DNA of 36,616 nucleotides from Candidatus Methylomirabilota bacterium (GCA_016208645.1 JACQXP010000195.1:1-36616), one strand, 5' to 3'; positions 9,301-19,521 are shown, numbered from the stretch's first letter. Made by a program: numbers and translations. The notes: generated by a model not told the origin, from the letters alone.

Positions 9301-10856
9301 CGGTTGGACAGGACCGCCAGCGAGGTGTCGGTCCCCATGGAGCCCACCGGCTCCTCCCCCTTCACGGCCATGGGGGCCAGCAGGATGCGCAGGTCCTCAT
9401 GCGTATAGCCGAAGACCTGCTGCCGCTGGAGCACCGTGGCGTGGTCCGGCTCGTGCACGTGGGGGGGCTCGGGCAGCTCCTCCAGCGCGACCAGGTGCTG
9501 CTTCAGCCACTCCGCATAGGCATGCTCGGTGGCATAGGCGTGCTTCAGCTCCGCGTCGTCGATGATCCGGCCCTGGGCCGTGTCCACCAGGAAGATCCGT
9601 CCGGGATGGAGGCGCTCCTTGAGGAGGATGTTCTCGGGCGGGATGTCCAGCACCCCCACCTCCGAGGCCATGATGACCAGATCGTCCTTGGTGACGTAGT
9701 AGCGGGAGGGCCGAAGGCCGTTGCGATCCAGGACGGCGCCGATCACCGTGCCGTCGGTGAAGGCGATGGACGCCGGGCCGTCCCACGGCTCCATCAGGCA
9801 GGAGTGGAACTCGTAAAAGGCCCGCCGCTCCGGGCTCATGCTTTCGTGGCCGCTCCAGGCCTCCGGGATCATCATGAGGATCGCGTGGGGCAGCGGCCGC
9901 CCGGCCATGACCAGGAACTCCAGCACGTTGTCGAAGATCGCCGAATCGCTCCCCCCCTCCAGCACGATGGGGAGAATCTTCTTGAGGTCGGGGAGCCGGT
10001 CCGATTCACACAGCGCCTCGCGCGCGTGCATCCAGTTGATGTTCCCGCGGAGCGTGTTGATCTCCCCGTTGTGGGCCAGGTACCGGTAGGGGTGCGCCAG
10101 CGGCCAGGAGGGGAAGGTGTTCGTCGAAAACCGCTGGTGGACGAGGGCCAGCGCCGATTCCACGGCCGGGTCCACCACGTCGGGGAACATGGTCTCGATC
10201 TGGTCCGCCGAGAGCATCCCTTTGTAGATAAGCGTGTTGGAGGACAGGCTCGGCACGTAGAAGCGCTTCCGCGCGGGCATGTCCGAGCCGTAGATGGCGT
10301 GCTCCACCCGCTTCCGGATGACATACAGCTTCCGCTCGAACGCTGGATCGTCGCGGAGTGCCGCGTCCCGTCCGATGAATATCTGCTTGAAGATGGGTTC
10401 AACGGCCCTGGCGCTGGGTCCCACCGGTGAGTCGTCCGTGGGAACGTCGCGCCATCCCAGGAGCGCCTGGCCCTCTTCCCGGATGATCTCCTCGAAGACC
10501 GCCTGGCACCGGGCCGCCTGGCCCGGGTCGGTGGGAAGGAAGACCAGGCCGGCGCCGTACCAGCGGGGGGCCGGCAGGCTGATCCCGAGCGTGCCGCATT
10601 CGCGCGCCAGGAAGGCATGGGGCATCTGGATGAGGATGCCCGCCCCGTCTCCCGTGTTGACCTCGCAGCCGCAGGCGCCGCGATGCAGCAGGTTCTTCAG
10701 GACGCTGAGCGCCTGGGTGACGATCCGGTGGGACTTCCGTCCCTTGATGTCCACCACGAATCCGACCCCGCAACTGTCGTGCTCGAATTGGGGATCGTAC
10801 AGCCCTTGCCTGGCAGGCATTCCCGGATCCACTGACGCCCCTTCCCTGTCGGTCAC
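6304..10856 (-). pseudogene. gltB: Glutamate synthase large subunit, frameshifted by an internal deletion at ~7799
   Basis: N-terminal [16 protein letters not shown] and GGQLPG.KV to SIEDLAQLI are in one frame. VHVKLVSE, the CHLNTCPVG Fe-S loop and the GXG repeats are in another. About 11 conserved codons are missing. Confidence 0.9.
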
Positions 10857-10986
10857 GCTGATCTCCTCGCATGCCCCTGCGCCCGCCCATGTCTTGGCGC
10901 CGCCTGGCTGGATCTGGAGGCTGCCCCACTCCCGGCCATTCGGCGCTGCCTGTTTTCCATAGCCGGGCTAGAGTAGCGCAGTGTCA

Positions 10987-11039
10987 AGCATAAGTCACCT
11001 GGAAATTAAAATATACTTTACATTAACAATGCTTATGCT
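10987..11039. promoter_or_regulatory. Putative LysR operator between gltB and the LysR gene
   Basis: AT-rich region with inverted repeat AGCATAAG/CTTATGCT and a T-N11-A box at 11023-11035. Confidence 0.55.
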
Positions 11040-11053
11040 GTAATCTGCCGCGC

Positions 11054-11953
11054 ATGAACCTCGAGATCCTGAAGCTCTACTGCGACATCGTCCGCCTGCG
11101 CAGCTTCTCTCAGGGCGCAGCCGCCAACCAGATCTCCCAGTCTGCCGCCAGCCAGGCCGTCCAGCAACTGGAAGCGGAACTCGACGTCCTCCTCATGGAC
11201 CGGAGCAAGCGACCCTTCATGGTCACCCCGGAAGGCCGGACCTTTGCCGAGGGGTGCCGCGCCCTGCTCCAGGGCTTTGAGAAGGTCCGGGCCGAGATCG
11301 CCTCCTCCCGGACGCAGGTGACCGGGAGCGTGCGGGTGGCCGCCATCTACTCGGTCGGCATCCACATCATGAGCGATCACATGCAGCGGTTTATGTCGCT
11401 CTACCCGCAGGTCAAGGTCCGCCTGGAGTACCTGCACCCGCACAAGGTGGTGGACGCGGTCCTGAACGACGAGGCCGACCTGGGGATCCTCTCCTACCCC
11501 CCGGCCAATCGTTCGCTCACCATCCTCCCCTGGCGATCGGAAACCATGGTCTTCGTCTGCCATCCCACCCACCGACTGGCCCGGCGCAGACTCATCACGG
11601 CCGCCGATCTGCATGGCGAGAACTTCGTGGCCTTCGACGCCGACCTGCGGATTCGCAAGGCCATTGACCGGTGCCTCCGCCAGCACGATGCGCGGGTCAA
11701 GGTGATCATGGAGTTCGACAACATCGAGACGATCAAGCAGGCCATTGCCATCGGCGCCGGGGTCGGTATCCTGCCCCGGCCGACCATCCTCAAGGAGGCC
11801 GGGAACCGCACCCTGGCGGCGATTCCCCTGGCCATGGCCGAACTGGTCCGACCCCTGGGGATCATTCACCGGCGGGGCAAACTCTTCACCCCTACCATCG
11901 GTCGGTTCCTCGAGCTCCTTCGGCAGTCAGACGAGAAACCTACCCCGCCTTGA
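11054..11953 (+). CDS. LysR-family transcriptional regulator (GltC-like by position)
   Basis: N-terminal HTH SFSQGA..NQISQSA.SQ..QLE and a C-terminal substrate-binding domain; divergent from gltBD. Confidence 0.92.
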   Translation: MNLEILKLYCDIVRLRSFSQGAAANQISQSAASQAVQQLEAELDVLLMDRSKRPFMVTPEGRTFAEGCRALLQGFEKVRAEIASSRTQVTGSVRVAAIYSVGIHIMSDHMQRFMSLYPQVKVRLEYLHPHKVVDAVLNDEADLGILSYPPANRSLTILPWRSETMVFVCHPTHRLARRRLITAADLHGENFVAFDADLRIRKAIDRCLRQHDARVKVIMEFDNIETIKQAIAIGAGVGILPRPTILKEAGNRTLAAIPLAMAELVRPLGIIHRRGKLFTPTIGRFLELLRQSDEKPTPP

Positions 11954-12165
11954 CGGGTCGACGCGAAACACCTCGGAACAGAACGCCCGACAGGGCGGCA
12001 GAACCAGGTGTAAGCACCCCGTGGAGAGGGAGGTCGAGAAGCGGAGAAAGAAACGCGACTGGAGAGAGGTGAGCAGAGGTGGGTCTTCCCTGTGGGCTGG
12101 CACACGGGTGAAGGTCCGGGCCGAACCGTAATCGCAGGCCTCCCGAATGGCGGCTTCAGAAAACC

Positions 12166-12720
12166 TTACTGGAACACCTCCGCCAAGGGAATCGTGAGCC
12201 CCGGCAGGACATCCTCCCCTTCGAGGCTCTCCTGCTCTCGCAGCAGGCGGGCCGAACCGTCGGTTCGATAGACCGTCACCGTTTTCGCCTGAGGAGCAAT
12301 GACCCAGACCAAGCGGGCGCCAGCTTCGAGGTAATCCCGCACCTTCTGCTGGATATGAAGGGGGTTATCGGTGGGAGAGAGAACTTCAACAGCCAAATCG
12401 GGGGCACCTGAAAAAAACCCCTCAGGGATTTGACCCCCCGGCAGCCTGTGGCTCGAGACGAAGGCCACGTCAGGGGCGCGCACCCGCTCGGGATCGGTGG
12501 GTAGGCTCAGCACGAAGCCCACGTCCCCCACAAGCACCTCACCACCTCCATGCCTCTCGGTATGCTCCGCCAGCTTGCGGGATATCTTCAAAGTGACCCG
12601 GCCGTGAACTCCCCCAACTGGTGCCATCTCTACAACCTCGCCGTTGACCAGCTCGCGCCGGATGTCTCCTTCGCCGAGCCGCCAGAGGTCTTCGGCCGTC
12701 ACACGGGCTTTGGTAACCAT
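12166..12720 (-). CDS. Uma2-family (DUF820) endonuclease-fold protein
   Basis: ELVNG, RAPDVAFV, APDLAVEVLSP, KVRDYL..G.RLVWVI.P and DVLPG. Confidence 0.92.
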   Translation of the reverse strand: MVTKARVTAEDLWRLGEGDIRRELVNGEVVEMAPVGGVHGRVTLKISRKLAEHTERHGGGEVLVGDVGFVLSLPTDPERVRAPDVAFVSSHRLPGGQIPEGFFSGAPDLAVEVLSPTDNPLHIQQKVRDYLEAGARLVWVIAPQAKTVTVYRTDGSARLLREQESLEGEDVLPGLTIPLAEVFQ

Positions 12721-12920
12721 TCCGCACTGCCTCCATTCAAAGCCTGGGCTGGACTATATCACCACGATACCACCAAGGCCAGTCCGATCTTGAAGTCGAT
12801 CAAAACGGACAGGCGAGGGAGCCGAACCAACTCGAAGGCGCGGAACGCCCGCCGAGAACAAGGAGCAGGTCGCACACCGCAGTCCGGCAGGCCCCTCCAA
12901 CAACCGCAATGCGTCCACGA

Positions 12921-13352
12921 TCAGCGGCGCTCGGAGTCTGGCATGGCGTAGCTGCACGTGGCATGGGCGATCAGCTTGTCTTGAGCGTCCGCCATGAAGA
13001 GGCGCACTTCTCCATAAGCGATGCGCTGCCCAACCTTGAGCACCTGGGCTTGCGCCAGCACATCACCGCCGATGGCCGGCCGCAGGAAGTTCATCTTCAG
13101 CTCAATCGTCACGGCCATGGCCTTTAGGCCGATCTGGCCGAGGATCGCCATATACAGCGCCGCGTCGGCCAGGCTCATCAGGCCCCCGCCGAACAGATAG
13201 CCTCCCGGGCGGAGCCATTGCGGGTCCCGCTTCCAGCGCGCTACGGCGTAGCCTGGTCGAAACTCCTCGCACGAGATTCCCAGCGACTTGACGAACGGAA
13301 CTTGCGCATCGAGAAAGCGGCAGAGATCCGCGTGCGTGGGCTGCTCCCCCAT
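12921..13352 (-). CDS. PaaI-family thioesterase
   Basis: Hot-dog fold motifs GG.LMSLAD and AVTIEL.MNFLRP. Confidence 0.88.
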   Translation of the reverse strand: MGEQPTHADLCRFLDAQVPFVKSLGISCEEFRPGYAVARWKRDPQWLRPGGYLFGGGLMSLADAALYMAILGQIGLKAMAVTIELKMNFLRPAIGGDVLAQAQVLKVGQRIAYGEVRLFMADAQDKLIAHATCSYAMPDSERR

Positions 13353-13461
13353 GATCCCAGTCCTCCTCCCGCATCCACGTTCACATCGGCCAGCGCCTTG
13401 TCTCCCCGGGCGGCGGCGACTCGTCGCGATCTTGGCGGTCTTGGCGGTGAGATGTGTGGGA

Positions 13462-13495
13462 TAAAAATGCCCGCCGATCGGTCGGTCGGCGGGCG
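13462..13495 (-). terminator. Intrinsic terminator after the DUF151 gene
   Basis: Minus strand GCCCGCCGA..TCGGCGGGC followed by ATTTTT. Confidence 0.75.
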
Positions 13496-13517
13496 GAGAC
13501 CAGGAAGGCGGCGGGGT

Positions 13518-14003
13518 TCACATCCGGTATTTACCGAAATCCTCGGGCTTGAGGTTCTCCAGCCACTCCTTCCACTTGTCGGTCTCTTCCTTCTCCTCGG
13601 AGATCTCCACGCTCTTGGCCTGCGAGACCACCTTCTCCGTCACGAAGATCGGCGCGTTGACCCGCAGGGCCAGGGCGATGGCGTCGCTGGGCCGGGCGTC
13701 GATATTGATGACGTCGCCGTTGTGGTTCAGCTCGATCACCGCAAAGAAGGTATTGTCCTTCAGATCGTTCACGATCACCTGGCGCACCGTCACCCCCAGC
13801 CCGTCCAGGATGCTCTTGAGGAGGTCGTGGGTCATGGGTCGGGGCGTAGACACCTTCTCCAGCTCCAGGGCGATGGCATTGGCCTCGAAGATGCCGACCC
13901 AGATGGGAAGCGCCTTTCGCTCGTCCACGTCCTTCAAGATGATGATGGGCATATTGGTAATGGGATCCAAGGCGATCCCTCGCACGGTCATCTTGATGAG
14001 CAT
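13518..14003 (-). CDS. Bifunctional nuclease family protein (DUF151/BFN)
   Basis: LPIWVG.FEA.AIA, PRP.THDL and IDARPSDAIALALR. Confidence 0.93.
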   Translation of the reverse strand: MLIKMTVRGIALDPITNMPIIILKDVDERKALPIWVGIFEANAIALELEKVSTPRPMTHDLLKSILDGLGVTVRQVIVNDLKDNTFFAVIELNHNGDVINIDARPSDAIALALRVNAPIFVTEKVVSQAKSVEISEEKEETDKWKEWLENLKPEDFGKYRM

Positions 14004-14013
14004 GGGGCCCTCC

Positions 14014-14508
14014 TTACCTCCCCTGCTCCTGGAAGTGAGGGAACAGCGTGTCGTAACCGACTTCCAGGTACTCCGGCATCACCTTGGTGTCCGCCAGGAC
14101 GGGCATGAAGTTCGTGTCACCCGACCAGCGTGGGACCACGTGCAGGTGGACGTGCTCGGCGATGCCCGCCCCCGCGACCTTCCCCAGGTTGAAGCCGATA
14201 TTGAAGCCCTCGGCGCGGAGCGCGACCTGAAGGATCCGGGTGCAGCGCTGGGCTGCCTGCATGATTTCGAGGGATTCCTCGGGAGAGAGCTGGCCCAGGT
14301 CCGAGCAGTGTCGATAGGGCACGATCATGAGGTGGCCATTGGCGTATGGATAGAGGTTCATCACCACGTACGTCGATGGCCCGCGAAAGAGGATAAGGTT
14401 CCGCCGGTCAGCACCCTCGCGCGGTTTCTCGCAAAACAGGCACTCGTCGCCGCGTGTCCCACCGATGTAGGCCATGCGCCACGGGGCCCAGAGTGTCCAT
14501 GTCATCAC
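14014..14508 (-). CDS. HIT-family nucleotide hydrolase/phosphorylase (FHIT/Ap4A-type)
   Basis: LWAPWR, CLFC, NLYPY..GH, GFNIG.NLG..AGAG and HVHLHVVPRW.GD.NF. Confidence 0.93.
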   Translation of the reverse strand: MMTWTLWAPWRMAYIGGTRGDECLFCEKPREGADRRNLILFRGPSTYVVMNLYPYANGHLMIVPYRHCSDLGQLSPEESLEIMQAAQRCTRILQVALRAEGFNIGFNLGKVAGAGIAEHVHLHVVPRWSGDTNFMPVLADTKVMPEYLEVGYDTLFPHFQEQGR

Positions 14509-16394
14509 GGCCGCCGTGGCGAGCCTGGCGAAGGGGTGGGCTGCTTATCCTCCAAGCCGAGCCGATAGATCGCGATGGAGCGACCCACGCCCTTGAATTT
14601 AGCATCGCCCACATACTCTAGCAAGACATTTCTTTGGAGCTGCTCGTCGAAAAATTGATGCCCGCCCCCTCCCGCTTCCGCCAGTGGCCGGCAGTCCACC
14701 AGCTTCAACAATTCCTCGACCGTGTCCTGGCTGACGACGATCCCGGTATTGTAGAGGGTCCCGGCCTCGTCCACCCAGACATCGCGCGCCGGCATGCCGG
14801 CCTTCTCCACCGCCGGCGAGGGAGTGCCGATCCAGTCCTCATCATCGAAGCCGGAGGCCTGGGTCTTGCCCGACCCCGAGAGGCGGCCGGCGATGTTCAC
14901 GTTGCGCCCGATGACCGTGTGATCCATGCTGTGGTCGTCCACGATGAAGTGCGCCACCTGGGCGCGCCCCGTGTGGACGCTGATCCCCATCTCGAAGTGC
15001 GTCCGGCCGGCCGCGCGCAGCGCCCGCATCATTTCCTGCAGCGCCAGGGCGGTGCGCAAGGCGTTCAGCTCGTCCTGCCGGGTGAGGCGCGCGGCACCGA
15101 ACGTGATCATCACCCCGTCGCCGGTGAACTTGTCGATCTTCCCGCGGTGCTTCTCGACGATGGAGGCCAGGGGGTCGAAGACCTCGTAGAGGTGGTGGGT
15201 CAGCTCCCGCTCCGAGACCCCGCCCTCCGAGGTGCGGGTGAAGCCCCGCAGGTCGGCAAAGATCACCGTGATCTTGCGGGCCAGGCTCACGACCTGGCTG
15301 TCCGGAAGGAACCGGTACAGGCGTCCCTCCTCGAAGCGCTCTCGGCGCTGGGCTTCCGTGTGCTCCTGGCCGGCGATGGTCACCGCCTGGCGGATCAGGT
15401 CCACCGCCTCGCTGCGCTTGACGGCCTGCAGCAGATCCAGGTAGTCCATGAGCAACTCGCTCCACCCCCTGCGGGCCCCCGCCTCTGCCTTCAGGATCGG
15501 GTTTCCCAGGAGCTTCATCCCCAGGCCGCCGAAATCCGCCAGCAGGTACATCAGGACCCGGCTGTTGAAGAGGATCCGGGTGGCGGACTTCTCGTCGTCG
15601 TACAGCTCGGGACGGATGGATGGAAAGTTCCGCCGGAGCAGCTCCATCAGCCTGACGTCCTTCCGCTGGAGCCCTTCCCGCAGGCGCTCGCGGCAGGCGG
15701 CGTGAATCTCCTTGAATTCGCGCACGCTCACACGAAACCGCTTGTTTTGCTCGACGAGGACCTGGGCGAGGTTCAGGCGGGCCGGGCTGACCTCGGTCAG
15801 AGGCAACTGGTCGTCCATGAGACACTCGATGAGCCGGGTATTGAATCGGGAGCCCAGGTTGGAGCGGAGGCGATCCCCGCGCCGGGTCTTGAACCGGGTC
15901 CAGGACCGGGCGTGGGCATTCCGATAGGATCCCTGCAGCAACGGGTGGATTTGGTACTTGAGATCGATTTTGATCCCGGGCTGGGAGAAGAATTCCTGGA
16001 TGACTTCGGCGGCGTCCTTGGAATGGGCCAGCCAGAACAGGTTCAGCAGACCCAGGCGCCGCTCGCGTTCCAGGATGGTGGTGAGGATGGGGTCGAGGGT
16101 CTCCTCGAAGCGGCTGGCGGGGCTCCCGGTGCCGCCCCAACTCCCGGGGGCCGCCAGGCCGGCGTCCTTGGTCCGCTGGGCCGCCAGCGCCCGATAGGCG
16201 GCGTCCACCAATTCGCGGAAGGCGTTGCGCAGGCTGGGATGCAGCTCGACCAGCAGGCCGTCGCTCTGGCCCGGGACGAGCTGGCCTTCGGGCAGCTCGG
16301 GCAGCGGGCTGCCGAAGAGCTCTTCCAGCTCCTGGACCGTGCCCTCGATGAAGCGCGGCGCCAGATCCGCCCGACTCTCGAAGAACGTCCGCAT
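14505..16394 (-). CDS. Soluble class III nucleotide cyclase with a ~370-aa uncharacterised N-terminus
   Basis: VIFADLRGFT, IDKFTGDG and DHTVIGRNVNIAGRL; no transmembrane segment; ATGA overlap with the HIT gene. Confidence 0.85.
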   Translation of the reverse strand: MRTFFESRADLAPRFIEGTVQELEELFGSPLPELPEGQLVPGQSDGLLVELHPSLRNAFRELVDAAYRALAAQRTKDAGLAAPGSWGGTGSPASRFEETLDPILTTILERERRLGLLNLFWLAHSKDAAEVIQEFFSQPGIKIDLKYQIHPLLQGSYRNAHARSWTRFKTRRGDRLRSNLGSRFNTRLIECLMDDQLPLTEVSPARLNLAQVLVEQNKRFRVSVREFKEIHAACRERLREGLQRKDVRLMELLRRNFPSIRPELYDDEKSATRILFNSRVLMYLLADFGGLGMKLLGNPILKAEAGARRGWSELLMDYLDLLQAVKRSEAVDLIRQAVTIAGQEHTEAQRRERFEEGRLYRFLPDSQVVSLARKITVIFADLRGFTRTSEGGVSERELTHHLYEVFDPLASIVEKHRGKIDKFTGDGVMITFGAARLTRQDELNALRTALALQEMMRALRAAGRTHFEMGISVHTGRAQVAHFIVDDHSMDHTVIGRNVNIAGRLSGSGKTQASGFDDEDWIGTPSPAVEKAGMPARDVWVDEAGTLYNTGIVVSQDTVEELLKLVDCRPLAEAGGGGHQFFDEQLQRNVLLEYVGDAKFKGVGRSIAIYRLGLEDKQPTPSPGSPRRP

Positions 16395-16439
16395 GGAACC
16401 TCGAGGGAGGGCCGGATGCAGCCGGCCTCCCCGGCAAGG

Positions 16440-16462
16440 AAAAAGCAGGGCAACGCCCTGCT
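16440..16462 (-). terminator. Intrinsic terminator after the IHF/HU gene
   Basis: Minus strand AGCAGGGC GTT GCCCTGCT followed by TTTT. Confidence 0.7.
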
Positions 16463-16488
16463 CTTCAGGGTGAAACGCGGGCCCGGGA

Positions 16489-16770
16489 CTAGGAGTCTAC
16501 CAGGGCCTTCAGCTCCTTGCCAGGTTTGAAGTACGGGACGCGCTTGGCCGGGACCTGGACCGGCTTGCCGGTCTGGGGATTCCGACCCTGTCGAGCCCGG
16601 CGCTTCCGGACGCGGAAACTGCCGAAACCCCGGAGTTCGACCTTGGCCTCGTTCTTCGCCGCCAGGGCCTGCGAGATGCTGTCGAAGATAGTATCAATGA
16701 CGACCTCGGTGTCCTTCTTCGTCAGATTGACCTGTGTGGCAACCTTCTCCACGAGATCCGCCTTGGTCAT
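16489..16770 (-). CDS. ihfB: Integration host factor beta / HU-family DNA-binding protein
   Basis: MTKADLV, VELRGFGSF, GRNP.TG and VPYFKPGKELK; follows rpsA-sppA. Confidence 0.85.
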   Translation of the reverse strand: MTKADLVEKVATQVNLTKKDTEVVIDTIFDSISQALAAKNEAKVELRGFGSFRVRKRRARQGRNPQTGKPVQVPAKRVPYFKPGKELKALVDS

Positions 16771-16826
16771 GGAGTCCACCTCCTTCTGCAACCCATCCGC
16801 ATGCCGCTCAAGACGAAGGACAATGC

Positions 16827-16893
16827 AAAACTGACAACGGACAACCGACAACCGGTCATCCGCTGACTTGGTCGGTTGTCAGTTGTCGGTTTT
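16827..16893. repeat. Heptamer tandem-repeat hairpin (NGACAAC)n / (GTTGTCN)n
   Basis: TGACAAC GGACAAC CGACAAC ... GTTGTCA GTTGTCG GTTTT. Confidence 0.8.
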
Positions 16894-16921
16894 CCATTTG
16901 AAAATCCGCCGCGACGGCGGG

Positions 16922-17803
16922 TCATTGCCAGAGATACTGGATGGCGATCGTCGCTGAAGTCCCGCCCGCAGGCAGGACGGGTCCGAGGCCTTCGGTCACC
17001 AGGTCCCAGAGCGAGAAACGGCGTCGGCGCTCCTGGATCACCTTCGGGCGGCCGGCGATCCCCACCAGCTTCCCGGCGCGTACGATGGCGTCAGGGAGGT
17101 CGCCCAGCTCATCCACCAGGCCCAGCCCGAGGGCCTGCCGCCCGCTGAAGATCCGACCGTCCGCCAGGGGCTCCACCCGGCCCCGATCCAACCGGCGGCC
17201 CGTGGCCACCGCCTCGATGAACTGCCCGTGGACGTCGTCCATCACGCCCTGGAGGATCTGTCGCTCTGTCTCGGTCAGGTCCCGGGTGATGGAACCGAGA
17301 TCCTTGTTCTCCCCCGCCTTGATGACCGTGGTCTTGATCCCGACCTTCTGGAGCAGCCCGCCGATATTCGGGATTTGCAGGATGACCCCGATGCTCCCCG
17401 TGATGCTGCCCGGATTGGCGACGATGCGATCCGAGGCGGCGGCGATGTAGTAGCCGCCCGACGCGGCCACGCTCCCGAGCGACGCCACCACCGGCTTCCC
17501 CGTCTCCCGGCGGAACTTCAGGACCTCCTGGTAGATCTCCTGCGAGGGTGCCACGGCCCCGCCCGGGCTGTTGATGCGGAGGACCACTGCCTTCACGCTG
17601 GGCAGATCCCGGTAGCGAGTGAGCTGCTCGATCACCTCCCGCGGGTCCGTGATCACCCCCTCGATGGGGATGACCGCCACGCGGTCCCCGCCGAAGGGCA
17701 AGCGCGGCCCGAGGAACACCGCGGCCAGGCCCACCGCGACCAGGAACACGATGAGCCCGATGAGCAGCCCGACCGCCAGCCGCCGCCCACTCCTTCCGGC
17801 CAC
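16922..17803 (-). CDS. sppA: Signal peptide peptidase SppA (S49, short form)
   Basis: GTG start after GGAGGAG; N-terminal TM segment; RINSPGG, AASGGYY, TGSIGV and DGR.F.G.QA..LGLVD. Confidence 0.92.
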   Translation of the reverse strand: MAGRSGRRLAVGLLIGLIVFLVAVGLAAVFLGPRLPFGGDRVAVIPIEGVITDPREVIEQLTRYRDLPSVKAVVLRINSPGGAVAPSQEIYQEVLKFRRETGKPVVASLGSVAASGGYYIAAASDRIVANPGSITGSIGVILQIPNIGGLLQKVGIKTTVIKAGENKDLGSITRDLTETERQILQGVMDDVHGQFIEAVATGRRLDRGRVEPLADGRIFSGRQALGLGLVDELGDLPDAIVRAGKLVGIAGRPKVIQERRRRFSLWDLVTEGLGPVLPAGGTSATIAIQYLWQ

Positions 17804-17808
17804 GCTGC

Positions 17809-19521
17809 TTACTCCTCCGCGCCCTCCCGCCGGCGCTTCTTCCGCCCGCGGGTCCCGTCCTCCTCGCCCGCAACGTCGCCCTGGGTTTCCAGGATGGCGC
17901 GCAGGCTGAGGCCGATCTTCCGCTCCTCGGGATCCAATTTGATCACCTTGAGGGTGAGCTCCTGCCCCACCTGGACCACGTCCTCGGGCTTGTTGACGCG
18001 ATCGTGGGAGAGCTCGGACACGTGCAGGAGTCCCTCCACGCCGTCTTCCAACTCCACGAAGGCGCCGAAGTCGGTCGTCCGGACCACCTTGCCCTTCACA
18101 TCCATGCCCACCCGGTATTTCTCCGGCACGGCCGCCTGCCAGGGGTCCTGCTGGATCTGCTTGAGCCCCAAGGAGATCCGATGGTTGGCCTTGTCCACGT
18201 GCAGGACGATGGCCTCCACCTTCTCGCCCTTCTTCAGGATCTCGGAGGGGTGGCGCACCCGCTTGGTCCAGGACATGTCGGAAATGTGGATGAGGCCGTC
18301 GATCCCCTCCTCCAGCTCGAGGAACGCGCCGAAATCGGCCAGGTTCCGGACCCGGCCCTCCACCCGGGTGCCGACCGGGTAGCGCTCCTCGATGAAGTTC
18401 CAGGGGTTGGGTTCGGCCTGGCGCATGCCCAGGGAGATGCGCTTGTTCGCCCGGTCCACGTCCAGGACCACGACCTCGACGGAATCCCCGATGGCCACCA
18501 CCTTGGAGGGATGCTTGACCCGTTGCGTCCACGACATCTCGGAGATGTGCACCAGGCCCTCGATCCCCTCCTCCAGCTCGACGAAGGCGCCGTAGTCGGT
18601 GAGGCTGACCACCTTCCCCTTGAGCTTGACGCCCACGGGGTACTTCTGCTCCACGGCCTCCCACGGATCGGGCAGCCGCTGCTTGTAGCCCAGCGACACC
18701 CGCTCGTTGGACCGGTCGAACTTTAGGACGACGACCTCCACCTCGTCCCCGACTTGGAAGAGCTCCGAGGGGTGGCCCACACGTCCCCAGGACATGTCGG
18801 TGATGTGCAACAGGCCGTCCAGCCCGCCCAGGTCCACGAAGGCGCCGTACTCGGTGATGTTCTTGACTTTCCCCTTGATCCGCTTGCCGTCCGTGAGGCC
18901 GGCCAGCGTCGCCTCCTTGAGATGTTTCCGCTCTTCCTCCAGGAGTTCGCGGCGGGACAGGACGATGTTGCCCCGCTTCTGGTTCAGCTTGATGATCTTC
19001 ATCGGAAAGGACTTCCCGATGAGCTTGTCCAGGTCCCGGACCGGCCGCAGGTCCACCTGGGAGCCGGGCAGGAAGGCCCGGACCCCGATGTCCACGATCA
19101 GCCCGCCCTTGGTCCGCCCCAGGATCATGCCGGCGATGGCCCCGCCCTTGTCGTACACCCGGGACAGCTCGTCCCAGATCTTGATCTTCTCCGCCTTCTC
19201 GCGCGAGAGGACGATGAGGCCCTCGCTGTCCTCCTTCTGCTCGAGGTAGACGTCCACCACGTCGCCCACCTTGATCGTGACCTCGCCCGACGGTGTCCGG
19301 AACTCCCGCAGCGGGATCAGCCCCTCGGACTTGTAGCCGATGTCCACGAGGACGGCATCCTCGATGATCTCCAGGATGGTCCCCTTGACGATGTCCCCCT
19401 CGACGATGTCCCGGACGCTCCGCTCGTAGATCTCCCGCATCTCGGCCGAGGGGCCCGAACTCTCCGCCTCATCGGGATCTGTGGAAAACGGGACTTCCGA
19501 TTGCACCGGCTGTGATGTCAT
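17809..19521 (-). CDS. rpsA: 30S ribosomal protein S1
   Basis: Six S1 repeats (DIGYKSEG, YGAFV.L..G..GL.HI); GGAGGT SD before the ATG at 19521. Confidence 0.97.
   Translation of the reverse strand: MTSQPVQSEVPFSTDPDEAESSGPSAEMREIYERSVRDIVEGDIVKGTILEIIEDAVLVDIGYKSEGLIPLREFRTPSGEVTIKVGDVVDVYLEQKEDSEGLIVLSREKAEKIKIWDELSRVYDKGGAIAGMILGRTKGGLIVDIGVRAFLPGSQVDLRPVRDLDKLIGKSFPMKIIKLNQKRGNIVLSRRELLEEERKHLKEATLAGLTDGKRIKGKVKNITEYGAFVDLGGLDGLLHITDMSWGRVGHPSELFQVGDEVEVVVLKFDRSNERVSLGYKQRLPDPWEAVEQKYPVGVKLKGKVVSLTDYGAFVELEEGIEGLVHISEMSWTQRVKHPSKVVAIGDSVEVVVLDVDRANKRISLGMRQAEPNPWNFIEERYPVGTRVEGRVRNLADFGAFLELEEGIDGLIHISDMSWTKRVRHPSEILKKGEKVEAIVLHVDKANHRISLGLKQIQQDPWQAAVPEKYRVGMDVKGKVVRTTDFGAFVELEDGVEGLLHVSELSHDRVNKPEDVVQVGQELTLKVIKLDPEERKIGLSLRAILETQGDVAGEEDGTRGRKKRRREGAEE

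Noticed and set aside
14505-16394. Pycsar/CBASS defence system
   Set aside because: The specificity residues look ATP-type, there is no TIR or TM effector with a cyclic-nucleotide-binding domain, and the context is housekeeping.
17804-18664. 580-aa ORF suggesting an N-terminally extended SppA
   Set aside because: The extension is an off-frame read of rpsA. A GTG with a good SD at 17803 gives a normal SppA.
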